Part shown: in pieces, positions 1 through 9,639 of the stretch
Layout of the letters: each line of letters begins with the position of its first letter
Position numbering within the stretch: position 1 is the stretch's first letter
NCBI GenBank assembly: GCA_019649675.1
Contig: BOWN01000001.1
Coordinates: forward strand, 209,979-273,978
Reading direction: 5' to 3'
Length of the DNA: 64,000 nt
Source: Cryomorphaceae bacterium
GTDB taxonomy: Bacteria > Bacteroidota > Bacteroidia > Flavobacteriales > UBA7430
Made by a program: the position numbers and the translations under genes
Notes under the pieces: model-generated
Seen by the model: the letters and a program-made list of their open reading frames with translations, nothing else
Databases searched by the model: none
Told to the model about the DNA's origin: nothing

Positions 1-53
1 AAATATCTTGACATTTTTTATTTCGTATATTTAAAAAATTACAAGAATTTATT

Positions 54-507
54 ATGAACACTCAGATTTTAATAGAATCTCTTAATAACTTAGAAGTTAA
101 TGCTAAACCTAAATGGGTAAAATGTCTGCTTCACAAATGTTAAAGCATTGTAATAAGCATACTAAACTATATTGTGATGAGTCTAAAATAGGTTTGTATC
201 ATTCTTTAAAACTCTAATACTAGGTAAAATTCATCTTTTTTATGTAAAATATTACGTGAGATATGATATCCTAAAATATATGAAAAACTCATATTCTCCA
301 AGTATTTTAAGAACATCAAATACAACTAATATTAACTTTAATGATGAGAAAAAAAAACTAATTAGTCAAATAGTAGATGTATCAAAATTTAATAAAAGTT
401 ATAGATACACACCATTGCACGGATTGATCAAAAATAAAACCTTTAAAAAAAATATTGAAGCACACATAAAATATCACTTATATCAATTTGATGCTTTGAT
501 ATCTTAA
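54..507 (+). CDS. DUF1569 (DinB-like) family protein; frame interrupted at least twice (largest intact piece 256-507)
   Basis: ATG at 54 gives MNTQILIESLNNLEVNAKPKW and a one-base shift continues GKMSASQMLKHCNKHTKLY. 256-507 ends HGLIKNKTFKKNIEAHIKYHLYQFDALIS. WGKMS..QML.HC and H..HHL.QF match my memory of flavobacterial DUF1569 proteins. Confidence 0.5.
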
Positions 508-558
508 TAGAAATACCTTTACAATGACAATAGAAAAATATTAAGTCTCTTTATATTA

Positions 559-660
559 CCTTAACTTTTTATAATTCTTACAAAAGCGGTTAAGTCCAAA
601 ACATAAAATGGAAAACTTATAGTTGAGATTATTTTTAAAAAATAACTTGAGCTTTTTTAT
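559..660 (+). repeat. Intergenic ~100-nt cassette, instance A
   Basis: ccttaacTTTTTatAATTCTTACAAAAGCGGTTAAG...GTTGAGATTATTTTTAAAAAATAACTTGAGCTTTTTTAT aligns along its length with the 7314 and 21506 instances. Confidence 0.5.
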
Positions 661-683
661 TTTGTTTAATATGGTATTAATAC

Positions 684-1185
684 TTAAGAATTCTCACAGT
701 GAATCTTATCAATTGTATAACCATAATGAAGAATTCTCCATTTTTCATTTTCTTTTACAAGAAAAAACAAATTTGTTCCACAATGAGAAAAAACATCGTC
801 TAAATAAAATTCATAAGGCGCCCAGACACTTGCAATATTTCCATCAGTAGTAATAATTGGATCCCAATATTTTTCAAAAAATTTATTTTTTGATGTTTTA
901 AGAAAGTCTAGAGAAGAGCTAGATTTTTTATGATAGGAAGAATCATTTTTTACATAAAACTTTATTTTATCTAATTCTGAATCAAGAATATCTGATACAA
1001 TCTCAGGGTTTTTAGTATTAATTGCTTCTGTAAACTTATCAATTACAGAAATAATTTCTCTTTCAATTTCTAATTGAGTTGATTCTATAATTGAAGACTC
1101 TCGCATTCTCAATTTGCAAATCTGTTTTTGAGTAATTACAACTCATTACTATAATAACAATAAATAATGATATTATATTTTTCAT
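684..1185 (-). CDS. NTF2-like (SnoaL/DUF4440-type) lipoprotein; signal peptide one frame off from domain ORF 684-1112
   Basis: ORF 684-1112 has EREIISVIDKFTEAINTKNPEIVSDIL ... GNIASVWAPYEFYLDDVFSHCGTNLFFLVKENEKWRILHYGYT, a cone-fold pattern. ATG at 1185 encodes the MKNIISLFIVIIVMSC lipobox in another frame. Confidence 0.6.
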
Positions 1186-1290
1186 ATTAGTTATTGATTT
1201 AATTCATGTTTAAATGCGAATCTACTAATCTAAATAAAATTTAGTAAGTATAAAATTAAATTTGAAACTCCTATGATTGCGTATTTTTTC

Positions 1291-1392
1291 ATTCCCAAAA
1301 CTTATTTAGATCTTCCAAATAGGAGTCCAAACGATAACCAACAAGAGTGCCTAATCGGTCATGTTATTTTTAAAACAACTTGAGCTTTTTTT
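1291..1392 (+). repeat. Intergenic cassette, instance B
   Basis: ...GGTCATGTTATTTTTAAAACAACTTGAGCTTTTTTT, 70 nt upstream of the efflux operon. Confidence 0.4.
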
Positions 1393-1462
1393 GAAGTAAA
1401 AAGAAGTAAATTTGCATTCTATTAAAAATAGAGTTTATCTATTTTAAATTTAAAACATTAAA

Positions 1463-1789
1463 ATGCAAGAAAACTTAAGGAAAATAATCAGAGCTTTTAT
1501 AATCATTACTGCTTCATTTGTATTAATTAAAATTATAATGAGTTTTAAGAAAGAGATTAGCATTAATGAATTGACTGAATCTAAAAGACTTATCAGCACT
1601 GAGGTTGTAAAACTTGGAAGTAATAAAATTTCTGTTCCCGTATATGGTAAATTATCTTCTACAATAGAGATAAATATTGTCACAGAGGCAAACGGAATAT
1701 TTTATGGAAATAACTTTAAATCCGGTACAAAAGTATTTAAGGGTGATACATTAGATACATTAAATATGATGAACTTGAAAGTAATTTGA
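1463..1789 (+). CDS. RND efflux periplasmic adaptor (membrane fusion protein), fragment 1 (gene span 1463-2559)
   Basis: N-terminal anchor IIITASFVLIKIIM, then TEANGIFYGNNFKSGTKVFKGDTL. First gene of an adaptor-pump-OMF order. The frame changes near 1789. Confidence 0.7.
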   Translation: MQENLRKIIRAFIIITASFVLIKIIMSFKKEISINELTESKRLISTEVVKLGSNKISVPVYGKLSSTIEINIVTEANGIFYGNNFKSGTKVFKGDTLDTLNMMNLKVI

Positions 1790-2016
1790 ATAGCCAAAAA
1801 AGTAATTTATTAAATCAAGTATCGAAAATAGTTTCTGAAATAAAATTTGATTTTCCACAATCATATGACTTATGGTTCAATTTCATGGATGAAATCAGTT
1901 TTTCAAAACCTCTTCCTCAATTACCTGAAATAAAAATAAAAATTAAAAAACTTTTTATCAGGGAAAAATTTTTTTCAACTCATATTATAGTGCTAAGTCT
2001 ACGGAAGACAGATTAA
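1786..2016 (+). CDS. RND efflux periplasmic adaptor, fragment 2 (coiled-coil hairpin region)
   Basis: Contiguous with 1463-1789 in another frame. Its tail is out of frame before the next piece. Confidence 0.5.
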   Translation: MNSQKSNLLNQVSKIVSEIKFDFPQSYDLWFNFMDEISFSKPLPQLPEIKIKIKKLFIREKFFSTHIIVLSLRKTD

Positions 2017-2099
2017 ACAAACACATAATAATTGCAGAATTCACTGGTTACCTCAGTCAGGTAAGTATTAAAAATGGAACGGCAGTTGTTTTTGGACAA

Positions 2100-2444
2100 A
2101 TGATTGGTAAGCTTCATGATCCCAACGTACTTGAGTTTGAATCAAATACTTCAATCAAAAACACTCTTTTTTTAGAGAAAGGCATGACTGCTTCAATTAA
2201 AAGTGATGAGTTTATTGGTAAGAGAATTGGTAAGGTTTCGAGAATAAATAAAATACTAAATCCTACCTCTCAAAATATGAGCGTTTTCATTGAAACAAGC
2301 GATCAAGGTCTTTATGATGGTATGTATGTTTTCGGAGAAATTATTGTTGGTGAAATAGACAATACATTTTTAATAAAAAGAAATCTTATTGAAGATAATA
2401 ATGTATTCGTAATTATTAACAATAAACTAATGTCTAAAAATTGA
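2100..2444 (+). CDS. RND efflux periplasmic adaptor, fragment 3 (beta-barrel/MP-proximal part)
   Basis: GKLHDPNVLEFESNTS ... MSVFIETSDQGLYDGMYVFGEIIVGEIDNTFLIKRNLI is typical of the adaptor C-terminal half. The last ~35 aa (to stop 2557-2559) lie in yet another frame. Confidence 0.65.
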   Translation: MIGKLHDPNVLEFESNTSIKNTLFLEKGMTASIKSDEFIGKRIGKVSRINKILNPTSQNMSVFIETSDQGLYDGMYVFGEIIVGEIDNTFLIKRNLIEDNNVFVIINNKLMSKN

Positions 2445-2563
2445 AGTAATTCAAATTTTTGAAGAAAATGCTATCATTAGAGGTCTTTCAGATAACGATA
2501 GAGTTTTAAATGAGCCAATTAAAGGAGCATTTAACGGAATGGCAGTAAGATTTAATTGATAAT

Positions 2564-4153
2564 ATGAGAGATTTTATTAAATACTTTGTAAAGTATCCTG
2601 TTTCAGCAAATGTATTAATGATACTCATCATTATTTTTGGTTTTATGGGTCTCTTTAATCTCAGAAAAACATTTTTTCCAGAAAGATCCTCAAAAATAAT
2701 AATAGTAGATGCTGTTTTACCTGGATCCTCTCCTATGGAGTTAGAGCAAATGGTTACTCTTAAGATTGAAGATAACATAGATGGAATTAGTGGTGTCAAG
2801 AGGATAACATCAAAATCACTTGAGAATACAAGTAGTATAATTGTAGAATTAGAAAATAAAGCCAATAACCAAATTGTCCTTCAAGATATAAAAAACGCTA
2901 TTGATAGGATAAATTCATTTCCAGATGAAATGGAATCTCCTACTATTTCTTTAATGGAAGATTTTAATCCCGCAATTTCTTTTGCTATTAGTGGAGAGGT
3001 TACCCTAAGCCAGTTAAAAAAGAATGCTGAAGAAATTGAAGATGATTTAAAAGCAATGGAAGGTATTTCAAAAGTAAGAATTTCTGGTTATCCAGTTGAA
3101 GAAATAGAAATATCTGTTAGGGAGAATGATTTAAAAAAATATAATTTATCATTCCAAGACTTAAACAGAGCAATTATTAGTGAAAATATTGATTTCACAG
3201 GAGGAACTGTTAAAAGTGTAGATGAAAACTTTAAGATTAGAAGTAATAATAAAAAATTTAATCCCGATGAAATTGCTGAGATTGTTGTAAAAAAAATAAA
3301 TACCAGAATCATAAAAATAAAAGATATTGCAAATGTAAGAAGAATATGGCAAGATGTGTCAAACAGAAAATATTATAATAATACCCCTGGTGTTGTCATT
3401 AATGTATTTAATACCAATAATGAAGATATTACCATAGTTTCTAATAAAACAAGATCATATCTTAAAAATTTCAATAAAATAAACTCGAATATTACTGCTG
3501 ATATAATCCAAGATAATTCAATTATAATTGAACAAAGAATTGCACTGCTTACAAAGAATGGAGTAATTGGCTTTATGCTTGTTTTATTAATTCTCACTTT
3601 TTTCTTGCATCCTAGTCTTGCCGGATGGGTTGCAGTTGCAATTCCTATTTCATTTTCAGGGATGTTTATTTTAGCTTCTTTCTATGGCATTACTTTAAAT
3701 GTAATATCATTATTCGGGATGATTATTGTAGTTGGAGTTCTTGTAGATGATGGAATTATTATTGCTGAAAATATTTATCAGAGATATGAAAAAGGAGAAA
3801 ATCGAATAAACGCAGCAATTAATGGAACTTTAGAAGTGTTACCTGCTGTGACTTCCGCAATATTAACCACTATTGTTGCTTTTTCTTTGTTTTTTATGCT
3901 TGATGGAATGCTCGGTGATTTCTTCCCAGAAATGGGATTTGTAGTAATCGGCACTCTAATCTTTTCACTTATTGAAGCAATACTAATACTCCCCACTCAC
4001 ATAGCGCACTCAAATGCATTAAAGGGAATACAGCCAAATACAAAAATTAAAAAGGTAATTGATAAAACTACAGATATTTTAGATAATGTAAAATCAAAAT
4101 ACTACGCTCCAATTCTGAAATTTGCTATTAAAATCCTCTCACAATCATTTTAA
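2564..4153 (+). CDS. RND (AcrB/HAE1-type) inner-membrane efflux pump, fragment 1 of 4 (gene span 2564-5751)
   Basis: MRDFIKYFVKYPVSANVLMILIIIFGFMGLFNL start, porter domain, then TM bundle GMIIVVGVLVDDGIIIAENI. The break at 4153 is an A4 run that needs A5 to continue AIKNPLTIILIF. Confidence 0.9.
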   Translation: MRDFIKYFVKYPVSANVLMILIIIFGFMGLFNLRKTFFPERSSKIIIVDAVLPGSSPMELEQMVTLKIEDNIDGISGVKRITSKSLENTSSIIVELENKANNQIVLQDIKNAIDRINSFPDEMESPTISLMEDFNPAISFAISGEVTLSQLKKNAEEIEDDLKAMEGISKVRISGYPVEEIEISVRENDLKKYNLSFQDLNRAIISENIDFTGGTVKSVDENFKIRSNNKKFNPDEIAEIVVKKINTRIIKIKDIANVRRIWQDVSNRKYYNNTPGVVINVFNTNNEDITIVSNKTRSYLKNFNKINSNITADIIQDNSIIIEQRIALLTKNGVIGFMLVLLILTFFLHPSLAGWVAVAIPISFSGMFILASFYGITLNVISLFGMIIVVGVLVDDGIIIAENIYQRYEKGENRINAAINGTLEVLPAVTSAILTTIVAFSLFFMLDGMLGDFFPEMGFVVIGTLIFSLIEAILILPTHIAHSNALKGIQPNTKIKKVIDKTTDILDNVKSKYYAPILKFAIKILSQSF

Positions 4154-4167
4154 TATTTATATGCTCA

Positions 4168-4359
4168 TTGGTTATTTCATTAAGTGCTATGAGTGCTGGT
4201 TTGATTAAATCAACTGTATTCCCAAATATAGAGGGGGAAAGTATTATTGTTAATTTAAAATTTGAAGCGGGTTCAAGTGAAAAAAAATCAGAAAAGTGGA
4301 TTAACTACATCGAAAATAAAATCTTAGAAAAAAAACAACAAATTAAGTACAGAATTTAA
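4168..4359 (+). CDS. RND efflux pump, fragment 2
   Basis: Continues the pump (TM7 plus the start of the second periplasmic loop): LSAMSAGLIKSTVFPNIEGESIIVNLKFEAGSS. Confidence 0.7.
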   Translation: MVISLSAMSAGLIKSTVFPNIEGESIIVNLKFEAGSSEKKSEKWINYIENKILEKKQQIKYRI

Positions 4360-4429
4360 TGACGGAGTTTCTTTAGTTAGAGCAATTGAAAAGACTATCG
4401 GAAATAACCAATCTACTGACCAATGGTCA

Positions 4430-5359
4430 ATGGAATCAGCCCAAAGCTCTGAAAAAAGTAGTTTAAATATTTTATTAATTCCATCTGAAGAAAGAACTGT
4501 TGGGACTTCAGAAATATCTAACTATTTAAAAGATGCAGTTGGAGAAATTCCGGGGGCTGAATCTTTAACTTTTGATGTTGAAAGCCCTTTTGGAAAACCT
4601 ATCAGCATTGCATTGTTTTCAGAGAATAATGACGAATTATTAAGTGCTATTAAATTACTTAAAGATTACATGGTAAGTCTTCAATTAATGAAGAATATTT
4701 CAAGTAGTGATGAAAAAGGGTTAAAAGAAATTAAATTAAAATTAAAAAACAGAGCTTATCAAATGAATCTATCTACTGCTCAAATATTGAATAAGATAAG
4801 AAACGGATTTTATGGCTTTGAATCACAACGCTTGCAAATAGGTACCAACGAGGTTAAAATTTGGATTAGATACAATGAAAAAGATAGAAATTCAATCTAT
4901 GACCTAGAAAATATGAGAATTAATTTAATGGGTAACAATTATTTAGTTGGAGATCTTGTAGATATTAAAATAGAAAGAGATCTTTTAAGTATTGATCATT
5001 TAAATGGTAAAAGATCTGTTCAAATAGATGCAGATTTATTGAACCCCAAAATTGATAATCCATTATCAATAATAGCAAATATTGAAAAATATATAAATTC
5101 AAATATTAAGACAATTTATCCTTCAATTAAACATTCAGTAGAAGGACAAATCAGATCACAAGCTGAAACTGGAAATTCTCTGAAATTTTCTGGACCAATT
5201 GTATTAATATTAATGCTTACAATCATTTTATTCACTTTTAGAAGTTTACTTCAAACTCTTGCTGTATTTATACTTATTCCTTTTGGATTTATTGGAGTTG
5301 GATGGGGACATTTTATTCATGATTTTCAATTATCAATGTTCTCATATATTTTGGAATGA
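4430..5359 (+). CDS. RND efflux pump, fragment 3
   Basis: Second porter/docking loop followed by TM8-9 (GPIVLILMLTIILFTFRSLLQTLAVFILIPFGFIGVGWGHF). Confidence 0.85.
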   Translation: MESAQSSEKSSLNILLIPSEERTVGTSEISNYLKDAVGEIPGAESLTFDVESPFGKPISIALFSENNDELLSAIKLLKDYMVSLQLMKNISSSDEKGLKEIKLKLKNRAYQMNLSTAQILNKIRNGFYGFESQRLQIGTNEVKIWIRYNEKDRNSIYDLENMRINLMGNNYLVGDLVDIKIERDLLSIDHLNGKRSVQIDADLLNPKIDNPLSIIANIEKYINSNIKTIYPSIKHSVEGQIRSQAETGNSLKFSGPIVLILMLTIILFTFRSLLQTLAVFILIPFGFIGVGWGHFIHDFQLSMFSYILE

Positions 5360-5751
5360 TTGCATTAATAGGAATTTTAGTAAATGATTCTCTTGTTTTT
5401 ATAAGTAAATTCAATAAAAATTTAAAAGAAGGATTAAAATTAGACGACGCAATTCAAGATACTGGCCTGACTAGGTTTAGACCGATTGTTTTAACATCAA
5501 TTACAACTATTGCAGGTCTTGCTCCACTTATTTTTGAAAAAGAATTACAAGCTCAATTTTTAATTCCTATGGCAATTGCAATTGCATATGGATTAATACT
5601 TGCTACACTTTTGACTTTAGTATTTCTTCCAGCCTTTTTAAAGGTAGTCAATAAAATAAGATATATTAAAGAATGGGTATTTACTGGTAAAAAGCTCAAT
5701 AATGAAGAACGAGAACCAGCAATCAAAGAATTAGAATATGAAAAGCTCTAG
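5356..5751 (+). CDS. RND efflux pump, fragment 4 (C-terminal TM10-12)
   Basis: IALIGILVNDSLVFI ... RFRPIVLTSITTIAGLAPLIF ... MAIAIAYGLILATLLTLVFLPAF is the canonical AcrB C-terminal bundle. Confidence 0.9.
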   Translation: MIALIGILVNDSLVFISKFNKNLKEGLKLDDAIQDTGLTRFRPIVLTSITTIAGLAPLIFEKELQAQFLIPMAIAIAYGLILATLLTLVFLPAFLKVVNKIRYIKEWVFTGKKLNNEEREPAIKELEYEKL

Positions 5752-6172
5752 ATTTTTAATAAAATTTATTCTTTTAATAAATATTGGTTTATTACTCAAT
5801 AATTATGGGTTTTCTCAGGAACTCATTAGCTTAGAGAAAGCCCTGTCTATGACATTAAAAGAAAATGTCGATGTCAAAATAAAAACTAATGAATTAGATC
5901 AAATTAGAAACTATGAAAAAGTGGGTGTTTTAGGAGCTTTACCTAGAATAATTTTAAATGGATCAGCTTCAAGTCTAAACGGTAATTCAAGCCTTGAGTT
6001 TGCAACAGACAACTTTCCTTCAATAGAAAACGAAAGAACTGAATCTAAAAGTATAAACGGAAACATAGGAATAAGTTACAATGTTTTTAATGGACTTGGA
6101 TCTATTTATACTTTACCAAAAGTTAAAACAACAAAGAAACCTAAAATCTATAGAACTGTTAATCCAAATTGA
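5738..6172 (+). CDS. TolC-family outer-membrane efflux protein, fragment 1 (gene span 5738 to ~7076)
   Basis: Signal peptide, then LISLEKALSMTLKENVDVKIKTNELDQIRN, the OEP-family opening. It overlaps the pump stop by 14 nt. Confidence 0.8.
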   Translation: MKSSRFLIKFILLINIGLLLNNYGFSQELISLEKALSMTLKENVDVKIKTNELDQIRNYEKVGVLGALPRIILNGSASSLNGNSSLEFATDNFPSIENERTESKSINGNIGISYNVFNGLGSIYTLPKVKTTKKPKIYRTVNPN

Positions 6173-6578
6173 GCAAGTTTTATTAAAAACAGCAAAAGAA
6201 TATTTTGACATTGCTTATTTACAGGAAAATTACAAAATAGTTAAAGAGTTACTAGCTGTATCAAAAGAAAGGTACAACAGAATTAAAGTTCTAAATGAAT
6301 TTGGTAATGCTTCAAATTTAGATTTACTAAATGCTGAAATAGATCTAAATAAAGATAGTATTAATTTAATGAATGTTGAGTTTGAGCTCTTAGATGCAAA
6401 AAACCAATTAAATATAACATTGAATAGAGATTTATTATATGACTTTAAAGTTGAAGATAAAGTAGAAATAAACAGAAATTTGAGCTATTCTGATTTAAAT
6501 CGTGAAACACAAAATAATAATAATAATATTTTACTTGGTCAATATATAATAGACGTTTCTAAAAAGATAAAAAAATAA
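6081..6578 (+). CDS. TolC-family outer-membrane efflux protein, fragment 2
   Basis: From ~6170: LLKTAKEYFDIAYLQENYKIVKELLAVSKERYNRIKVLNEFGNASNLDLLNAEIDLNKD, the OEP repeat helix pattern. Confidence 0.75.
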   Translation: MFLMDLDLFILYQKLKQQRNLKSIELLIQIEQVLLKTAKEYFDIAYLQENYKIVKELLAVSKERYNRIKVLNEFGNASNLDLLNAEIDLNKDSINLMNVEFELLDAKNQLNITLNRDLLYDFKVEDKVEINRNLSYSDLNRETQNNNNNILLGQYIIDVSKKIKK

Positions 6579-6781
6579 ATACTCTATCTATTCTTCCTAA
6601 CATTGATATTTCATCTCAGTATGGGTACAGTAGAATTGAGAGTAACACAAATATAGTATTAGATCAGTCTACTCTAGGGCTAACTAATTTTATCAACTTT
6701 TCATGGGATATTTTTGATGCATTAGCTAAAAATAAAATCACTAAAAACTCAAAGATTCAAATTGAATCAAATAAATTAGAG

Positions 6782-6973
6782 TTGTCTGCGATTAAAAAAG
6801 AAATTGAAAAACAATTCAATGCAACTTATAAGCTTTATCAAAACAATATAAATTTGATTGATATAAGAAAAAGAAATCTATTGACATCAGAAAAGCTTTT
6901 TGCAATATCAAAGGAACAATTTTATCAAGGACAACTCAGCAGTAACGACTTTAGAGAAGCTCAAATCGTTTAA
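6782..6973 (+). CDS. TolC-family outer-membrane efflux protein, fragment 3 (second OEP repeat)
   Basis: EIEKQFNATYKLYQNNINLIDIRKRNLLTSEKLFAISKEQFYQGQLSSNDFREAQI. Further short pieces at 6579-6781 and 6974-7076 are in other frames. Confidence 0.7.
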   Translation: MSAIKKEIEKQFNATYKLYQNNINLIDIRKRNLLTSEKLFAISKEQFYQGQLSSNDFREAQIV

Positions 6974-7084
6974 GTTTATCAAAAACATATTAAATCAAAC
7001 ACTATACAAGGCAAAAATAGCTGAATTAAATCTGTACAGATTATCAGGAAAAATTCTACAAAAGACTAATAATTAGATCTCAAG

Positions 7085-7184
7085 ACCCCAAAAATTCTTA
7101 AGATCATTCCATAAAGGATTCAAACTTGAATAAAACGAAGTCTTACAGGTCAGATTTCTGTTAACAACTTGACGTTTTTATTTG
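7085..7184 (+). repeat. Intergenic cassette, instance C
   Basis: ...AGGTCAGATTTCTGTTAACAACTTGACGTTTTTATTT. Confidence 0.4.
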
Positions 7185-7282
7185 TTAAAGTTTTGTTATT
7201 ATATATAACGTATTAATAATTGGTAAAGTTTTAGCGTTCTATATACGTGAAGTTTTTCATAATCCTGGGGGTTAGTCAGAGA

Positions 7283-7312
7283 AGCCACTCATAATCGAGT
7301 GGCTTTTTATTT
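7283..7312 (+). terminator. Rho-independent terminator after the efflux operon
   Basis: AGCCACTC-ataatc-GAGTGGCT followed by TTTTTATTT. Confidence 0.7.
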
Positions 7313-7313
7313 A

Positions 7314-7410
7314 CTAAACTTTAAAAATCATTACAAAATCGGTTATAACTTAAACTAAATAGGGGAAAATTACAGGGCGAGTTATTTTAAATATAACCTG
7401 ACCTTTTTTA
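7314..7410 (+). repeat. Intergenic cassette, instance D
   Basis: ctaaacTTTAAAAATCATTACAAAATCGGTTATAAC...GCGAGTTATTTTAAATATAACCTGACCTTTTTTAT, followed by the -7 box TATATTTG and ATG 7438. Confidence 0.5.
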
Positions 7411-7660
7411 TTTCTTATATTTGACTATTAAGCTTTTATGTATATGAGAAAGATTTTTTATATTTTAATTTTCACTCAGATCTATTCTATTAACATCTAG
7501 ATTAAGTAGTCAAACTACTTATGCCGATATTGCACCTATTCTTTATGAAAAATGTGCCTCTTGTCATCGTGATGGTGGTGGTGCACCATTTTCAGTTCTA
7601 GATTATGATGAAGTCTATTCATACTTAGGAGCTATTTATCATGAGGTTTCTGAAAACTCT

Positions 7661-8245
7661 ATGCCACCTTGGGCGCCTGACACAAATTATCTTCATTTTA
7701 TAAATGAACGTATTTTATCAGAAAATGAAAAAGAAAGCTTGTTAAATTGGGTACTTGAATTAGGGCCTCTTGGCGACACTACTGAACTTCCTCCATTGCC
7801 AGTATTTCCTCCTACTCGTTTAAATGGAATACCAGATTTAATTCTTAACACCCCTTCTTTTAGTGTAAACGCAGTTTCCCAAGATGTATATAATACGGTT
7901 GTTGTTCCAACAGGGATTTCTTCTGAAAGATATATTAGGGCTATGGAAATAATACCGGAAAATCCTGAGTTGACTCATCACATTGTAATCAATGCCGATG
8001 AATCAGGAGTTGTATCAAATAATTTAAGTGGAAATAGTGGAACTCTTCATGGTGATATTATGGTAGGAGGTTATGCCCCCGGAGTAAATCCAGTTGTATT
8101 TCCAAACTCACAAGAACTTAAAATGGGAATCAAATTACCTGCAAATGCAGATTTGATTCTCCAAGTTCATACACCTTATTACACATCATTAGGTCCTAGT
8201 TATGGAATGGATGTTAACATTCAAATTAGATTATATTTTTCCTGA
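7661..8245 (+). CDS. Secreted PHM/DBH-like (copper type II ascorbate-dependent monooxygenase-like) protein with N-terminal CxxCH motif, fragment (gene span 7438-9248)
   Basis: The frame is open from 7469: TTYADIAPILYEKCASCHRDGGGAPFSVLDY...MPPWAPD, then HHIVINAD and LQVHTPYY His motifs. The signal peptide at 7438 (MYMRKIFYILIF) is in another frame. Confidence 0.5.
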   Translation: MPPWAPDTNYLHFINERILSENEKESLLNWVLELGPLGDTTELPPLPVFPPTRLNGIPDLILNTPSFSVNAVSQDVYNTVVVPTGISSERYIRAMEIIPENPELTHHIVINADESGVVSNNLSGNSGTLHGDIMVGGYAPGVNPVVFPNSQELKMGIKLPANADLILQVHTPYYTSLGPSYGMDVNIQIRLYFS

Positions 8246-8423
8246 GGAAGATAATAATGTAAGAGACGTTTTTTCAGAAGTACCTCTTCAGTATTGGGGA
8301 AATGATTTTTTATCCTTCCAAATGAGATTAAAACAATTTCAACAGAGTCAGATCCTATTGCTGGAGATATATCTATTTTTTCAGCATTACCTCATTCACA
8401 TAAAATATGTACTGAAATTTTAA
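8202..8423 (+). CDS. PHM/DBH-like protein, middle fragment
   Basis: Partly out of frame. The downstream pieces read FSALPHSHKICTEIL / IDNWDFEHQEYYFYKNL / HSDHTYENT, which fits the second PHM-type domain. Confidence 0.35.
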   Translation: MEWMLTFKLDYIFPEEDNNVRDVFSEVPLQYWGNDFLSFQMRLKQFQQSQILLLEIYLFFQHYLIHIKYVLKF

Positions 8424-8717
8424 ACTATGCCTATTTTGAGTCTGACACAATTCGTTTAATGAAAATTGATAATTGGGATTTTGAACATCAAGAGTATTAT
8501 TTCTATAAAAATTTGAAAAAAGTCCCAGTCAATATGTTTTTCACTCTGATCATACATATGAGAATACAGTAGCTAATCACCACAATCCATTTAATCCTCC
8601 TCAGACTATTACTGTAGGCTTATTTTCAAATGATGAAATGCTTTTTGATGGTTTTCAGTATATGATATATGAACCAGGAGATGAGTTTATTAATATAGAT
8701 AGTATTCTAATCAATGA

Positions 8718-9248
8718 CCCACTTTAAATTTTATATATCCTAATTCTCAAACTTTAAACCTTTTCTTCGGATGGAATCTTATTTCATCTTACATTAATCC
8801 TAACAAATCAATTACAGAACTTTTTGAGAATATATCTAATAACATAATTATAGTTAAGAATGGTATAGGTCAAGCCTATCTTCCAGAATGGAATTTTAAT
8901 GGTATTGGAGACTTTAATTTTTTAGAAGGTTATTTAGTAAAAGTTAATAGTGATGTTTCACTTGACATAATTGGTGATTTTGTTATCCCGGAAAATTCTC
9001 CTTTAAATTTAGATTCAGGATGGTCAATTATCTCTTATTTGAGATTAGACGATGTTTCAGCTGATTTAATCTTTCAAGATTTGTTGACCAATAATAATTT
9101 AATAATAGCTAAAAATAATCTTGGATCAGCTTATCTCCCAGAATTTAATTTTAATGGAATAGGTAATCTTATTCCAGGACAAGGATATCAAATCAAGCTA
9201 AATGAACCGGCTGAACTAGTTTATTTTTCAATATTTGATTCTTACTAA
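8718..9248 (+). CDS. PHM/DBH-like protein, C-terminal part carrying two copies of the GW..IG/AYLP.W.FNGIG domain (ORF-track piece 9039-9248)
   Basis: The frame is open from 8718. Copy 1 (8769-8950): GWNLISSY...IIIVKNGIGQAYLPEWNFNGIGDFNFLEGYLVKV. Copy 2 (9018-9201): GWSIISYL...LIIAKNNLGSAYLPEFNFNGIGNLIPGQGYQIKL. Confidence 0.7.
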   Translation, partial: PTLNFIYPNSQTLNLFFGWNLISSYINPNKSITELFENISNNIIIVKNGIGQAYLPEWNFNGIGDFNFLEGYLVKVNSDVSLDIIGDFVIPENSPLNLDSGWSIISYLRLDDVSADLIFQDLLTNNNLIIAKNNLGSAYLPEFNFNGIGNLIPGQGYQIKLNEPAELVYFSIFDSY

Positions 9249-9346
9249 TATAATTTTCATTCACTAATATTCTTTGAATCTTACCAAAAGTGCAAAAGAA
9301 CATTCTAAATACAATCCTATTAATCGAATATTTTTAATTTTGTAAT

Positions 9347-9628
9347 ATGAAAAATATATTCTTCATACTCATTATATTATTAACTGTTTCTTGTTCTAAA
9401 GATGAAAGAAACTGCTCATCTTGTCACATTGTGGTTTATCAATTAAACTACCCATATTACCTAACTGAATTAGAAGAATTTTGTGATGAAGAACTCTTAA
9501 TTAATCAAAATAATGGATTTTATATTTCAGATACTATTTTTAACGATTATTATAATAACCCTTTACCTTCACCGATAAGTCCTGGAGATACTCTTTATTA
9601 TCATTGTGGAGACAGTCATTCACATTAA
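9347..9628 (+). CDS. Hypothetical Cys-rich lipoprotein
   Basis: MKNIFFILIILLTVSC lipobox. No family recognised. Confidence 0.5.
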   Translation: MKNIFFILIILLTVSCSKDERNCSSCHIVVYQLNYPYYLTELEEFCDEELLINQNNGFYISDTIFNDYYNNPLPSPISPGDTLYYHCGDSHSH

Positions 9629-9639
9629 TTTATAATACT

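Noticed and set aside
623-850. 75-aa plus-strand ORF
   Set aside because: It overlaps the better-supported minus-strand NTF2-like gene and starts inside an intergenic repeat cassette. Its translation is low complexity.
1463-7076. Efflux operon and other broken genes as evidence of reductive evolution or true pseudogenes
   Set aside because: The traced breaks are single-base and sit in homopolymers. The frames otherwise keep conserved motifs, I saw no large deletions or insertion sequences, and break-free blocks alternate with dense ones. Sequencing error is more parsimonious, though this remains unproven without reads.
7395-7425. CTTGACC...TATATT read as a sigma-70 -35/-10 promoter in the intergenic cassettes
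   Set aside because: The spacing between TTGAC and the TA box varies from 8 to 24 nt among instances, and TTGACC is the 3' arm of the terminator hairpin. The Bacteroidetes-type TAnnTTTG box alone is the more plausible promoter element.
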